A program made the position numbers and the translations under genes. This document shows, one piece after another, positions 41,761-58,965 of a stretch of 64,000 nucleotides of DNA (the first letter of the stretch is position 1; every line of letters begins with the position of its first letter). Source of the stretch: the human T2T-CHM13v2.0 reference genome, Homo sapiens. Location of the stretch: the NCBI RefSeq assembly GCF_009914755.1, contig NC_060939.1; one strand, 5' to 3'. The notes beneath the pieces are model-generated. The model searched no databases. It was not told the DNA's origin and saw only the letters and a list, made by a program, of their open reading frames with translations.

Positions 41761-42299
41761 TTTAAAGAAGAAAATTCAGAGAGGGTCAAAGGAAAATGGT
41801 GGGAAAGCATACAAGAAACAGCAGCAATGTGGTTACTGCAAATAGATAAATTACTATAAGTTTCAGAAATAAGAAAAGAGGAACACAAATAGCTGTAAAC
41901 AGAAACAGCCTGTGTGTAACATCCTGGAACAATCTATCTCCAAGTATTCTTCTAAGATGCAATGGCTGTCAAAGAGACCCAAAGAATAAAAAGATAACCC
42001 AAAATATAATTTTTTAAGTTTACTTTTCCTTATTTTATTCTAGTACTTTTACCCTTTTCAAAATCTTACACTACCCCGTTTCTGATAAATATTAAATCAT
42101 CACAGTTCCTACTCACCACCAGGATATTCCTCCAACCCCATTTGAGGGGATATGTCCCTCTACTTGAAAAGTCAGTTTATTTTTTTTTTTCAAATTGACA
42201 TATAATCCACATGCCACAGAATTCACCTCTTGAAAGTATAAAATTCAATGGTTTTTAGTCTATTCAGAGTTGTGCAACCATCACCACTATCCAATTTAG

Positions 42300-42696
<397 letters not shown>

Positions 42697-42756
42697 CACT
42701 AAGGTATTGCTATGGACTTGCTTACTCTGCACATTACATACAAATGGAGTTATATA

Positions 42757-43437
<681 letters not shown>

Positions 43438-44175
43438 TAGGTTGTAGTATGTATCACTACTTCACTCCTTTTTATGGCTAAATAATATTACATTGTATGA
43501 ATATACGAAATTTTGTTCATTTGTTTATCAGTTGACAGACACATGTTGTTTTCACCTTTTGACTATTATAAATAATGCTGTTATTAACATTCATGTACAA
43601 GTTTTTGTGTGGACATATGTTTTCAATGCTCTTGGGTACAGACCTAGTAGTGGAACTGCTGGATCATACAGTAACTCTATGTTTAACTATTTAAGGAACT
43701 GCCTGTTTTCCAAAGCACCTGCACCATTTTACATTCTCATGCAATGCATGAAGGTTCTAATTTCTCCACCTCCTCCAATGTTTGCTATTAGCCAGCCTTT
43801 TTGATTACTGTCACTTAGTGGGTGTGAAGTGGTATCTCAGTGTGGTTTTGATTTGTATTTCCCTAATAATTAATGATGTTGAACATTTTTTCATGTGTTT
43901 ACTGGCTATTTTTTCTCTTCTCTAGAGATATGTCTACTCAGATTCTTTGTTCATTTTTAAAACTGGGGTATCTGTCTTTTTTATTGTTGAGCTGTAAGAA
44001 TTCTTTATATATTCTAGAAACTAGAACCTCATCAGATCTATGACTTACAAGTATCTCTCCCATTCTGTGTGCTGTCTTCATTTTCTTGAAAGTATCCTTT
44101 GAAGCACAAATGTTTTTAATTTTGATGATGTCCAATTTATTTTTCCTTTGGTTGTTTGTGCTTTTGATGTCATAG

Positions 44176-44797
<622 letters not shown>

Positions 44798-46387
44798 CCT
44801 ATGTTTTCTTTTATGAGTTTTACAGTTATAGCTCTTATATTTAGGTCTTTAATCCACTTTAATTTTTTTGTATATGATGTAAGGGGCCAACTTCATTCTT
44901 TTGCATGTGGGTATACAGTTGTCCAAGTACCATGAGACACTATTCTCTCATGAAATAGTTTTGGCACTCTTGTAGAAAATCAGTAAGCCACAGATGTATG
45001 AGTTTATTTCTAGACTCTTAATTCTATTCCATTGATCTATATATTTATCCTTCTGACACAGCCACTCTATTTTTATTACTGTAACTCTAAAGTAGTATGT
45101 TTTGAAGTTGGAAAGTGTGAGCCTTCTAACTTTCCTCTTCTTTTTCAAGACTGTTTTGGCTACTCTGGATCCTTGAATTTCCATATGATTTTAGGATCAG
45201 CTTATCAATTTCTGCCAAACAAAGCCAGCAAGAATTTTGATAGTGATTGCACTCAATCTGTGAACCAATTTGCAAAGTATTGACATCTTCACAATATTAA
45301 GTCTTGCAATCCATAAACATGAGGTGTGTTTCCATTTATTTCGGTCTTCTTTAATTTCTTTCAATAATGTTTTGTTCTTTCAGTGTACAAGTCTTACACT
45401 TCTTTTGTTAAATGTATTCCTAAGTATCCTATTCTTTTTGATGCTTTTGTACATAAACTTGTTTCCTTAATTTCATTCTTTGATTGTACATTGTTGGTGT
45501 ATAGAAACAATTTTTGTACATTTATCTTTTACCCTGAAGCTCTGCTGAACTCGTTTATTAGCCCTAATAGTTGTGTATGAGTGTGTGTGTGTTCCTTAGA
45601 ATTTTCTACACACAAAATCATGTCATCCGCAAACAGAAATAGTTTTACAACTTCCTTTTCAATCTACATGAGTTTTATTTCATTATCTTATATAATTGCC
45701 CCAGCTAGAATAGAAATGGCAGGAGTGGAAGTCTTTATTTTATTCCTGATCTTAGGGGGAAGGTTTTCAGTCTTTCTCCATTGAATATGATATTAACTAT
45801 AACTTTTTCATAGATGCCCTTTTCAGGTTAAGAAAGTTCCCTTCTATTCCTAGTTTGTTGAATATTTTTATCATGAAAGAATGTTGAATTTTGTCAGATG
45901 CTTTTTCAGCATCCAGATAATCACATTGTTTTTGTTCATTTTTTCTATTAATATGGTGTATTATATTGATTGATTTTCATACTTTGAAAATGGGATACAT
46001 CCCATTTGGTCATGGGGTACAATCTTTTAGGTAAGTTGCTGGATTTGGTTTGTTAGTAGTTTGTTGAGAATTTTTACATCTATCTTCATAATGGATACTG
46101 AAGAATGCATCAGAGTACTTTAATAGCTGGTCTATAGTTTTTCTTTTCTTGCAATGTTTTGGTCCACAATTAGGGTAATACTGGCCTCACAAAATATAGT
46201 TGGGAAGTATTAGCTTCTCTTCTACATTCTGGAAGAGTTTGTGAAGAACTAGTCTTAATCCTTCTTTAAATATTTTGTGGAATTCACAAGTGAAGCCATT
46301 TGCTCCTGGGCTTTTCTTCATGAGATTTTTCTTTAAGGCCAACAACTCTTTGACTTGCCCTTTGAGACTATTTTCTAGATCCTGTAG

Positions 46388-46763
<376 letters not shown>

Positions 46764-47311
46764 CACTAAGTCTTTCTTCTGCCATCAATTCTGGTATTAA
46801 AGGATTCTGAGGCATTCTTCAAAATGTCAATTGCATTTATCAGCTCCAGAATTTCTACTTGATTCTTTCAAATTATTTTAATCTCTGTTAAATTTATGTG
46901 ATAGGATTCTGAATTCCTTCTCTGTGCTATCTTGAATTTCTTTGACTTTCCTCAACAAAGCTATTTTGAATTCTCTGTGTGAAAGGTCACAAATCTGTTT
47001 CCCCAGGATTGGTCCTTGGTGCCTTCTTTGGTTCATTTGGTTAGGTCATGGATGGTGTGGATGCCAGTAGATATTGAAGAGTTAGGTATTTATTGTAGTC
47101 TTCACTGTCTGGGCTTATCTGTACCCATCCTTCTTGGGCTTTCCAGATATTTTAAAGGACTTGGGTATTATGATCTAAACTGTATCTACGTTGTGGTTCT
47201 TGCAGCCTCATAGAGTTACCACCTTGATGGTCTTGGACAAGATCTGGGAGAATTCTCTGGATTATCAGGCAGAGACTCTTGTTCTCTTCCCTTACTTTCT
47301 CCCAAACAGAC

Positions 47312-47337
47312 TGTGTGTGTGTGTGTGTGTGTGTGTG

Positions 47338-47364
<27 letters not shown>
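47312..47364. repeat. Compound (TG)n(TC)n microsatellite
   Basis: Direct reading. Confidence 0.95.
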
Positions 47365-47371
<7 letters not shown>

Positions 47372-50084
47372 CTCAGCCACCTAAAGCTGGGGGTGGAGTG
47401 ACACAAGCACCCCTGTGGCCAACACCACTATGACTGCACTGGGTCAGACCTAAAGCTAGCACAGCACCAGCACAGCACTGGGTCTCACCCAAGCTTGCCG
47501 TAACCACTCCCTGGCTATTGCCTATGTTCGCTCAAGACTCTGTGGTTCCACAATCAGCCAGTGGCAAAGCCAGCCAGGCCGTGTCCTTCCCTTCAGGGGG
47601 AGTGAGGTCCCCCAAGCCTCAGGTGGGTCTAGAGGTGCCATCTGGGAGTCAGGGACTAGAGTCAAAAACCTTAGAGGTCTACCCAATGTTCTATTGTACT
47701 ATGGCTGAGCTGGCACTCAAACCACAAGACACAGTCTTTTTCACTTGTGCCTCCCCTTTCCAAAGCTAGAGGAGCCTCGCCCCATAGCTACCACCACCCC
47801 AGGCCACAAGGAGTATTGCCAGACAAGCACCACTGTTCCCTTAAGCTTAAGGCCCAGGGATTCTTAAGTTAGCTTATGGTGAATACTGCCTGGCCTAGGT
47901 CTCACCCTTCAGGGCAGTGGCTTCTCCTGTAGCCCAGGACAGGTCTAGAAATGCCATCTAACAATCAAGTCCTGGAATCAGGGATCCCAAGAGTGTATTT
48001 GGTACTCTGTCCCTCCATGGCTGTGCTGGTACCTGAAGCCAGAAAGTCTCAGAGGCTCACCCAAAGCCCTTGACATAGCAGCTGGGTATCAATGCTGGTT
48101 ATTCACAGCCCATGGGCTCTTCGGTTAGCAGGTGATGAATGCTGCCAGTACTGAGTCCTTTTCTTCAAGGCAGTGGGTTCCCTTCTGGCCTGGGGCATGT
48201 CTAGAAATGTCATCTGAGAGCTGGCATCTGGAACAGGGAGACTTGCGACTCTGACTGGTCCCCTATCCTGCTGTGACCAAGATGTTATCTAAGACACAAG
48301 ACAAAGTCCTGCCCACTCTTCCCTCTCAAGTGGAAGAAAGGGGTCTCTCTTGGAGCCACGAGCTGTGTAGCCTGGCATTGGGGTCGGGGAGGCGGGGGGT
48401 GAGCCAACACTCCCTTGGTTACCCCAGCTGGTGTCTCAGTATGTCACCTGCCCCTCTGTCCACTGTCTCTGGGACCAGTTCAGCACTAGGACTCGCCTAA
48501 GAGTTGCAGTCCTTTTGGCCTAGACTGCCTTTCAAGTTTACTTGGAGACACAGAGCACTATAGCCCTCAGTGGCAAGCCTTGCAGGAATTCAAATTTGGA
48601 TCACTGGGATCAGCAGTTCCCCTCTGGCTAGGGTTGGTTTAAATGCTCCCTCTGTGCACAGGTGTCAGCTGAGTTTGGTCCAGTTCTCCTTTCTGCTCTA
48701 ACAGGATAGCATTGAGTTCAATGCCTCACAATTGTTGTGTTCTCCCTCCCCAAGCACCCAGAGACACTCTCTGCACCATACTGCCACTGCTGCAGGGGGA
48801 GGAGTGGCACTGCCTATTCAGGACTGTTTTTTCTATCTCTTCAGTGCCTCTTTCAGTGATATGAAGTTAAAACTAGGTACTGTAAGTGCTCACCTGATTT
48901 TTGGTTCTTATGAAGGTGGTTTTTTCTGTGTAGAGTTGTTAAAGTGGTGTCCTTGGCAGGGGGAATGATCAGTGGAGCCTTCTATTCCACCATCTTGCTC
49001 TGCCTCTCAATTTCCCTTTTGATTTCTGTAGGGTCAGTAGTAATATCTTGTCTTTCATTCCTGATTTGAGTAATTTAAGTCCTCTCTCATTTTTCTTGGT
49101 CAGTCCAGCCAGAGGTTTGTTGATTTTGTCTTTTCAAAGAACAAACATTTAGTTTCCTGGATCTCCTCAATTGTTTTTCTGTTCTTTATTTTTTTAATTT
49201 CACTCTAATCTACATTAGTTCCTTTTTTCTACTTGCTTTGGGTTGAGTTGACTCTTCTTTTTCTAATTTCTTAAGGTAGAAGGTTAAATTACTGATTCGA
49301 TATATATTTTTTTTAATATAGATGTTTATAAGCTATAAATTTTCCTCCAAGCACAGCTTTAGCTGCATTTCATGAGTTTTGGTATGTTAAGTTTTTGTTT
49401 TCATTAATCTTAAGTATTAAATTTATCTTGTAATTTCTTTCTTTGATCCACTGATAATTTAGGAGTGCACTGGTTTAAAAATTACTGTACTTTCTATTAT
49501 TACCTACCAAAAGAGTTTATTTTCTGTATTTTGTATTACAAATATATAGATATTTTTAAGTTTCCCCCAAATTTAACATTGTATTATAATACTAAATATG
49601 TTTTTTTAAACTATACTCTCCTTATTTATAACCAGTATTCTATTCTAGGCCACTTCTTCCTCCTTAAGCTGACCTTTCTCTCCTTAGCTCTGGTTACAGT
49701 TCTAGTAGATGATCCAGTCCACTTATTCAGTTACTACTACTGACCAAGCCATGCCCTAGGTCCTTGCCCTCAGGAACTCATCTTCTGGTGAAAAAAGAGT
49801 GACATGTTTGTAAATAAGCAACTAGAATACAATGTGACGTAATGAGAACATATACAAGAAAAACCAAATCTGGTGGGAGAGCAGGAATAAAAAGTTTATC
49901 AGAGATGGCATCTGACCTTTGTCTCAAGGATGAGTTAACCAAAAATACTCTCACCAAGAAAACAGGAGTAAGGGAAACAACATCCAATTGAAATTGTCCA
50001 ATGTACAGTTGAATATACTGTATAGCTAAAATCTCAGAGAAAGACGTGGTTTGAGATACAGATTCACAAGTCCTATTCTCTTAC

Positions 50085-50250
50085 CTCTTGGATTTCATCT
50101 GGGACAGTTGAGTCCATCAGTCTGAAGAGCAAATTTCGAAGTGGACCTGCCTGCCTCCCGAGAATGCTGGTAGCTACCCCTCCCGCAAGTGCAAGAGCAA
50201 GGTGATTTGAAAGTAGCTTCAGGCACAGCTTGAGAAAACTGTGGTGTTCT
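50085..50250 (-). CDS. HERC1: HERC1 coding exon (~exon 12)
   Basis: 166 nt, phase 2-0; EHHSFLKLCLKLLSNHLALALAGG...DSTVPDEIQE. Confidence 0.96.
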
Positions 50251-50344
50251 CTGAAACCAAATAAACGTCTATGAATTCTCGGATCATAAAAGTGCCTGTG
50301 CTATCCAGTTTGGGTAACATTTTTATATCTTTAAAAATTTTGTT

Positions 50345-50644
<300 letters not shown>

Positions 50645-50890
50645 TCAAGTCATGAACAACAGTAATTTTTAAAACATGATTTGTGAAATTACAAGTAACT
50701 TTTTCCTAGAAGTTATTATCAACAAGTATCTAAGTTTAGCTCTTTTCTAGATTATAAAAAAGTTTCATATAATTTGGGAAACCAAACAAGAAAGAACAGT
50801 AAGTCAAAACTCAAAAGGAATAATTTATACACATGCACACACGCGCACGCACACACACACACAAAGATACAAAACATACATATAACATAC

Positions 50891-51025
50891 CTTGATGAAG
50901 GGAAAGGGAGTGGGGGAATCTCACTGTTTATTTTATCACAGTATCTCTCAAGAAAAGAACGCAGGTGTGAGAAGGTACTCTCTTCAAGATCTACACAATA
51001 AGGTCGGTGCCATGCAACAACTTGT
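50891..51025 (-). CDS. HERC1: HERC1 coding exon (~exon 11)
   Basis: 135 nt, phase 2-2; QVVAWHRPYCVDLEESTF...PPLPFPSS. Confidence 0.96.
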
Positions 51026-51076
51026 CTAGAAGGACACATAAGAAAATAATAAAACAGTCTTAAAATGAAATTTTTA

Positions 51077-51418
<342 letters not shown>

Positions 51419-52532
51419 TTAAAGCTGAATGAGTTCAACAAGATACAAAGAAGACATTACTGATTATGAAAGTGATAAAACCTTTCATTTTAGCAACTAA
51501 GGAAAACCAAGAATTTGCCATCTTTAAGAAGAAAACATACAACCACCACCTGTTTTGGAAGGTTTGGATGTCCACTCACCTGAAAGCAGAGGGCTGAGTC
51601 ACATGATCTACTAAAGCCCCTCTGGTTCTAAGAGTCCAGAAAATATATATTTCATATTAAGAAAAATATCCTGACTCTATAGAGTGATATACTGAAATCT
51701 ATTAAAAGACAAAATCCTGAAATTTCTTGTTAATACTTTTCAGTTCTTGGGACCCAACTATCTACATATGAAGTGGGAAGTTGGAGATGTAATGCTAATA
51801 GCAAATTATTTATATTCAACTTATTTATTTTGGCTTTTGTGTTAGAGGAATAACTATTGATAAATATTTTTAATTGGTTAGAGTATCATTTTAAAACCCT
51901 GAGTCAAAGGCATAGAATGCAAATAAAATACATTCTAAGCTATAAATTAGCCCACGTGTATCTGAAAATATCTGAAATAACCCAAACATTCTTTAAAATT
52001 CAATCTCCTAATAGTGACTGAAACTCATCTACCTGATGGACTAAACACGTACAGTTAGCACTTTCGGAAAAAGCTAAGTTTCTGCAAAAATTAACCTCCT
52101 TGATTTAAAGTATGACAATTTTTTTTCCAAAAAAAAAAAAAATTCAAAAACCAACCAGATTGAGAGCACTGAGGTTAAACATTAAATCAATAAAGCCTAG
52201 TTCTGATTTTAATTATTTTAATTTCCTCTTGATATGCAGATATTTAATTTTTTTAAATCAGCATGTAGAGATGAGAGAGAACTCAAAATGTTTAAAAGAC
52301 AATGTCTTAAATACTGGGTATGACTTCTTGCTTCGGAAACATGTCTAACCTCAACATTCAAATAAAAAGAAATCTAATGTCATTTCTATGATAGAGAAAA
52401 AGCAATACTATATATGTTCAGAAGAGTATTTTATGAACAAAGCACAATTATTTCTGTTTTTATTAGTGTTTCTACTTTTTATTGGTGTTTATGTTAAAAC
52501 ACACAAGAATTTTTAAACATAGGCACTCTTAC

Positions 52533-52704
52533 CTGTCCCTAGGAAGAGCAGTCCATGCCAGACTATGTGATGTTCCAGCCGAAATCTGCTGAATAGCTAT
52601 GCCATCTAAGCCACTCACTTTCTTTGGTTTAGTAATAGGACCTGTGGAATTTCCCTGACCACATTGCCCCATTGAGTTATTGCCCCAGGCATAAACTTCA
52701 TTAT
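52533..52704 (-). CDS. HERC1: HERC1 coding exon (~exon 10), end of RLD1
   Basis: 172 nt, phase 1-2; DNEVYAWGNNSMGQCGQG...ISAGTSHSLAWTALPRD. Confidence 0.96.
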
Positions 52705-52812
52705 CTAAAAACAAAATATAAAGTATTATATAAAAGAAAAGCCAAATTCAAATGTAATATATTTACACAAGACAACAGTTAATACTATTTCCTTAAAAAC
52801 AAATGACTTTAC

Positions 52813-52957
52813 CATGAGAAAGAGCCAAACAATGACTGTCTCCAATAGAAACATCAACTATTCTTGTGGCAGCCAGTTCTTCAATAAGCTTGGGTCTCAA
52901 AGCAGTAGCTTCTGAAGAACCACAACCTAGACAAGCTCCACAGCCCCAAGCATAGAC
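52813..52957 (-). CDS. HERC1: HERC1 coding exon (~exon 9)
   Basis: 145 nt, phase 0-1; VYAWGCGACLGCGSSEATALRPKLIEELAATRIVDVSIGDSHCLALSH. Confidence 0.96.
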
Positions 52958-53814
52958 CTGAAAAAAACAGAAATACGTTACACATAACTTCCTGAGATGA
53001 TTAGATTGTTGGCTTTAGGGATAAATGAAATCTATGAAACTAAAGTGTGGTTTGATAGTAAATAACTTTCTGATGTTAAAATCATTTTGATCATTTTAAA
53101 GATTGTTACAGCGATTTATCATGCTGCCTTTAGGCATTCACTGTATAGGCAGAAAAACAGCTGATCTGAAAATAAAAATAACTGGTCATAGAAAAAACAG
53201 AAAGGTCTTCTGAGAGGGTCTGCTAAACCACTAATCGGCTTGCAATTTGTTATATTTGCCCCATCTCACCAGCTTTGAAAATACCATCTTAAAACTTCTC
53301 CTTTATGTGTTTCTCACTATTCCGGTGAGATTTAAGATTAGAACAAGGTATTATCATATAAAATGGATTATATAAATCACAAAACTGATGTTTATTATTT
53401 AGTTTTAGAAATACCTCACCTCATTATTGCAATAATTATCACTTACAAAGAGGGCCATGTGAAGCAGTAACAAGGTAGTTCCCCTTAAACATCTTCATTT
53501 TTGACTAATGAATACCAAAAGAATCACTAACTGATTTAAGATGCTTGGGGAAAGGGTTAGGTGGGAAAAAAAAATTTTGTCTTTGGCAAGACAAATAGGT
53601 GACTGACTGACAATTTGGCAACCCAAAATCAACAAAATCAAAACAATCAGCAATCTGAATGATTTTTTTTCTTTATCTTCAATAGATTTTGGTAAGATTA
53701 TATAGATTCTTATCTTCATGCCATCAAATTTGAGAATTTGTTTTTGTCTTGCAATTATTTTAGGAAAGACTGCTGCTGAGAGATTAAACCACTTCAATTA
53801 AAAATAAAGAGCAC

Positions 53815-54117
53815 TGTCCGGATGTAGTGGCTTAAGCCTGTAATCCCAGCACGTTGGGAGGCTATGGCAGGAGGATCACCCAAGCTCAGGAGTTCAATAC
53901 CAGCCTGGACAATGTGGCAAGACCCGATCTCCACAAAAATTTAAAAAAATTGGTCAAGCATTGTGGCACAGGCCTGTGGTCCCAGCTACTCGGGAGCTGG
54001 GATGGGGAAGATCTCTTGAGCCCAGGAGGTAGGTCAAGGCTGCAGTGAGCCATGTTTGTGCCACTGTACTCCAGCCTGAGCAAAAGAGTGAGACCCTGAG
54101 TTCAAAATAAAATAAAA
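53815..54117 (+). mobile_element. Alu (AluJ-like)
   Basis: Diverged full dimer. Confidence 0.9.
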
Positions 54118-54295
54118 TGAGAACATATATTTGTACTTGTTTCCAGATAACTTACTTAAGTATAGAATGCAACAAGATTCCAGTACATAAGGCATATTTT
54201 AGGAGATGTTAGGAACTAAAGATAACGACAGTGAAATAATGTATACTCAAAATCATCACAGAAGATTTCCTAAATCACTCATGAGGTATCATATA

Positions 54296-54638
54296 CACTC
54301 ATGCACCATTCGGTCAATAGCAGACCACATTATACAACAGTGGTCCCTTAAGATCTAACGGAGTTTTGATGCCAGTATTTTTACTGTAACTTTTCTATGT
54401 TTAGATATGTTTAGATACATACTTACCATTATATTACAATTTCTGAAGGTATTCAGTACAGTAACATGCAGCACAGGTTTGTAACCTAGGAGCAATAGGC
54501 TATACCATATAGTCTAGGAGCGTAGTAGGCTACACCATCTAGGTTTGTGTGGTACTCTCTACAATGTTCTCACAATAACAAAATGGCCTAATAACACATT
54601 TCTCAGAACATATCCCATTAAGTGACACATCACTGTAA
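54296..54638. mobile_element. Tigger3/MER7-like TcMar DNA transposon
   Basis: tcggtcaa...gaccacat...gtggtccc...; ctaggagcaataggctataccatatag; ends taagtgacacatcactgta. Confidence 0.75.
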
Positions 54639-56123
54639 TACTGTCACTCAGTAAGGCCTACATAGAGTTTTCTCTTGCAGCGTTCCTTCGGTTGAGCACC
54701 AGATGAGAAATACTTGGCTTGCCTTTAGAGACTGGACCATACTATATAGTATGGTGGGAAGTCAGTACAGAAGAGGCCTGAAAGTGCTGAGACAGACTGA
54801 GGGAAAAGCAAATGTTGATCATTATTTCATGCTCAAGTTTAATGGTAAAGAAAACTATTCTTACCCATTAAAAGTATTTCTGACTTTATTTTTTTCACGC
54901 ATATATATTTGATTTCATATAACTTAAGGTACTCATAATACAACTATTCTATACAGCAAACAGTTTACAAGTTCTCTTGGAATTCAATGTAATGGATTTA
55001 TTATTATTATTACTATTATTACTACCACTACCAACTAATAGTTGAATAGTATTGGATAATCTATAGAAACTCTCAATTCTAATGATTATCTTATGTGATC
55101 ACTTGTATGCAAAGCAGAAATTATTACTCCTTCATAAAAAAAGAAGCACATGATGCTCAAGGGGTGTCTGTTATTTGCCTGTGTGTATACATCAAATACA
55201 TAAGCATCTTCTAACTTCAATTCATGGATTCTTACTACAAAAACCATAGTGAGAAACACGTAGAAGAGATATTCTTAAGGCAGCAACTAGCTAATGTAAT
55301 GATGAATAGCTTGAAGATTTTTAGAACACAAGGCATTCTAGTTTCTCAGTGAATAATCAAATTATATGCTGATTTCAGCTTTTCTGCTCCTCTGCCTTGT
55401 CAATTAGTCATAAAACACTTTTATACCACTGCCTGACACAAGGTGGCCTCCTATACATGACAGAATAAGTGGCCAGCTCACTTTTTTACTGCCATAACTG
55501 ATGGATACACAGGGACAAATATTGTCAGTCTATAATTATACCTGGCTCCTCCCTATCCTCAACAAACAAATAGGGTAAGAGTGAAAATACGCATGTAAAA
55601 GTTCGAAGCTTATAAGCTATAAAAGTACAAAGCTTATGAGCCTTTATAAAGGCTCATAAAATTCTGACTATCCTAAGCTTGACTTCACACTGTTTCTCAG
55701 AAACACCTAACTCTCTCAGAATATTTTCCATACCTAAGTGTTCTCTTTACCCTCCTTTTTGATCACCCTCTTGCCTTCTTAGTTCATATCACTGGCTCCA
55801 TCAAGATCTAGTTCAGCTTTCCCCGACTATCCATAATGTTTTAGAAAAGGTTTAAGGGAAGCTAAATGCTAAAACATTTTAGAAAGTCAGTTTAATACAA
55901 AGAACAGAGGCTCCACTAAGATTTATCTGGGTCACATATGCCAGGTTAGAAAACCTGGTTCCTTCTCAGATACTCTACTTCAAACAGAAGAAGATATTTC
56001 ATTTTAGCATGTTGCCTAAAAATGTATTTATTTGAACTTTAAAATTTAAATACAAGTATTACTTTTTAGTCACCTAATCCTCTGAAATACTCTAAGTCTT
56101 TTATACTCATCCCTTAGTCCTAC

Positions 56124-56251
56124 CTGCCCTGTTGATGTCAAAGCAAGTGAAGACTGGCTCCCAGCACAAACTTTGCGAATGAACATTCCTTGTAAAGCTT
56201 CAATAACTTTAGGTTTATACACTCTGTTGGTATCACCATGACCAAGTTTAC
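56124..56251 (-). CDS. HERC1: HERC1 coding exon (~exon 8)
   Basis: 128 nt, phase 1-0; GKLGHGDTNRVYKPKVIEALQG...LALTSTGQ. Confidence 0.96.
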
Positions 56252-57056
56252 CTATAAAAACAAACACATTAAACAATTTACTTGTTTTAAAGAACCTCTA
56301 CTCTTTTTAACACTACTAAAGTTGATAAGGAGCTCTAATGTTTCCATCACTAACCTGGCAGATATGAAAAGCTATGTTTCTGATAGCTGAGGATGTTAAC
56401 AAACGAGCATTTTTATTACAAGAAAGTTAACAACCACTGATAGCCTTTTATATCTTAATTTCAAGCAATTAAAATCAAGCAATTTAAAATCACTTTAAAA
56501 GAAACATAGACAATTATTTTTCTGTCTTTCTCCCCCTTTAATGGCTATATTTCTAACTTCAAATTTGCTGACAAAATATACAGGTACTATATGCGTATAA
56601 TTTTTCATAAACTTTAAAAAAGAATGTATATGCATATAATTTTTCATAAACTTTTTAAAAAATCAATAGCTCATGAAATTGAAAACTGGACAAATCATTA
56701 AAGAAGAAAAACAAATGGCCAATCATCTACAAATCCAACCACACCAGGAATAAAAAAAAGTATAAATTAAATGATACCATTTTCACTATTGAAATTATTT
56801 AATTAAATTTAATACATGCTGTTGTTGAAGACTATGGGGAAGTAAGCATTCACACTGCTAGTAGGAGTGACTAATTAAAGTAGACATAGATTTAGTCATT
56901 CATTGTGTTGTTAATACTGAAAAAAATTGAAACCATCTAGATACTCAACAATAAGAAACTGGTTTTATAAATTGTGCCACCATCAAATAAAAGAACACTT
57001 CAAGCCATTTAAAAGAATGATGTAGAGTCATGCTTGTTGATATAAAAAAGATACTC

Positions 57057-57352
<296 letters not shown>

Positions 57353-57670
57353 CTATTAGAGTAAAACATATATATGTCAAAACATATATAAACTTATATA
57401 AAACATACACATGTAGGTATACTTTGGTTTTTAAAAACACATCTAAGTAGAAATATATGTAAATATTTGTATAAATGTGTATTTATTTAGAAGTCTATTT
57501 CCAAAATGTTAACAATGGTTAAAGTAACATTTGTAAAAGCTCAGTTCATTTTTTAATTTCTGCTCATCTGTATTTGAGTCATTCTACACTAGGCATATAT
57601 AACTGAAAAATAAATTTTTAAAAAACTCAAGAAAAAAGCCAAAGCTACTGATAAATAATTTTTTACATAC

Positions 57671-57814
57671 CATTGTCTCCTCCTCCAAAAGACCATACAG
57701 TTCTCCCATCTTTAGACAGAGCAATAGTATGTGAACTGCCACAAGAAACCTCTCCTACATTGCTGATGTCTTTTACTAATGTTGGAATGTTACGACTATT
57801 GCTGTCACCATGAC
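57671..57814 (-). CDS. HERC1: HERC1 coding exon (~exon 7)
   Basis: 144 nt, phase 1-1; GHGDSNSRNIPTLVKD...SCGSSHTIALSKDGRTVWSFGGGDN. Confidence 0.96.
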
Positions 57815-58394
57815 CTTGGATAAAACACACACAACAACAAAGAAACAACATTAACTCTTTTTCTCTAGGCCTTGACTTCACAAGTATAATAAATGTTACA
57901 ACTTTAAAATAGAATTGAGATTTTTTTAATGCAATGCAATATGAAAAACACAATCATTTCTAACATCTTCTCAATCTTCCAAGGTGCTCCTAAACTGGGT
58001 CATAGAGTCACTTCGGTGAACCATTAGAATATTCTTTTCATGCTCCCCTCACAGCACTTACCTTGTGTTGTCCTGTTTCATGCTCACGTTGACTTGTTTT
58101 CATTACCCACTAGATTATAAACTTCAGGATCATGATGGTATTGCTTTTATCCCAGAAACCCTACAATGCCTGGTCATAATAGGGCACACTCAGTAAATGC
58201 TTGCTAGATTTAATTACATTTAAATATCAGCACTAAAATCTAGGTCTTATCTATATAAAATTATCTTCCTCTGAGCTTAAACTAACAAAATAAATGACAG
58301 TCTTTGGCCTAGTAAATCTGCTCTCACGGCTTCTCAGTAACTTAATCATTTCTAATTTTCTAGAAGAATAACTTACATTTTTAAAAAATCTTAC

Positions 58395-58491
58395 CTAATC
58401 TTCCAAAGTCTCCTTCACCCCATGTGTATAATTCCCCATCCTCTGTGACAGCAGCACTATGTCTGTATCCAGCTGACACACAAACAACTAC
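58395..58491 (-). CDS. HERC1: HERC1 coding exon (~exon 6)
   Basis: 97 nt, cag|...|gtaag, phase 0-1; [35 protein letters not shown]1 repeat. Confidence 0.96.
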
Positions 58492-58678
58492 CTGCATTGC
58501 ACACAAGTAAATACGATGAGTATGCACATGTTAAAACATATAGTCCGTATTTGATCCTATACACAGAGACTTCACAGATACTAATATTCACAACCCATCC
58601 AGGAATTTCCAGGTACAGTTGTGGAGGCTGTGTTCAGGCCAAGGATGACTGGCTAAGAGTTCAAGTAAGTGCTGAAAT

Positions 58679-58965
58679 ACATGCCTGTAATCCCAGCACT
58701 TTGGCAGGCCAAGGCAGGCAGATTGTTTGAGCTCAGGAGTTCGAATTCAGCCTGGGCAACATGGCAAAACCCTGTTTCTTTTAAAAAATATGAAAATTAG
58801 CCAGGCATGGTGGCGCATGTCTATAGTCCCAGCTACTCAGAAAGCTGAGTTGGGAGGACCACCTGAGCCCCAGGAAATCAAAGATGCAGTGGGCTGAGAT
58901 AGCACCACTGCACTCCGGCCTGGGTGACAAAGTAAGAACCTAACAAAAAAAGAAAGAAAGAAAAG
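58679..58965 (+). mobile_element. Alu (AluJ-like), 5' end missing
   Basis: Starts catgcctgtaatcccagcac. Confidence 0.9.

Noticed and set aside
56588-56662. Short tandem duplications (also near 31371-31410 and 35549-35600)
   Set aside because: Ordinary slippage-type duplications in AT-rich intron sequence
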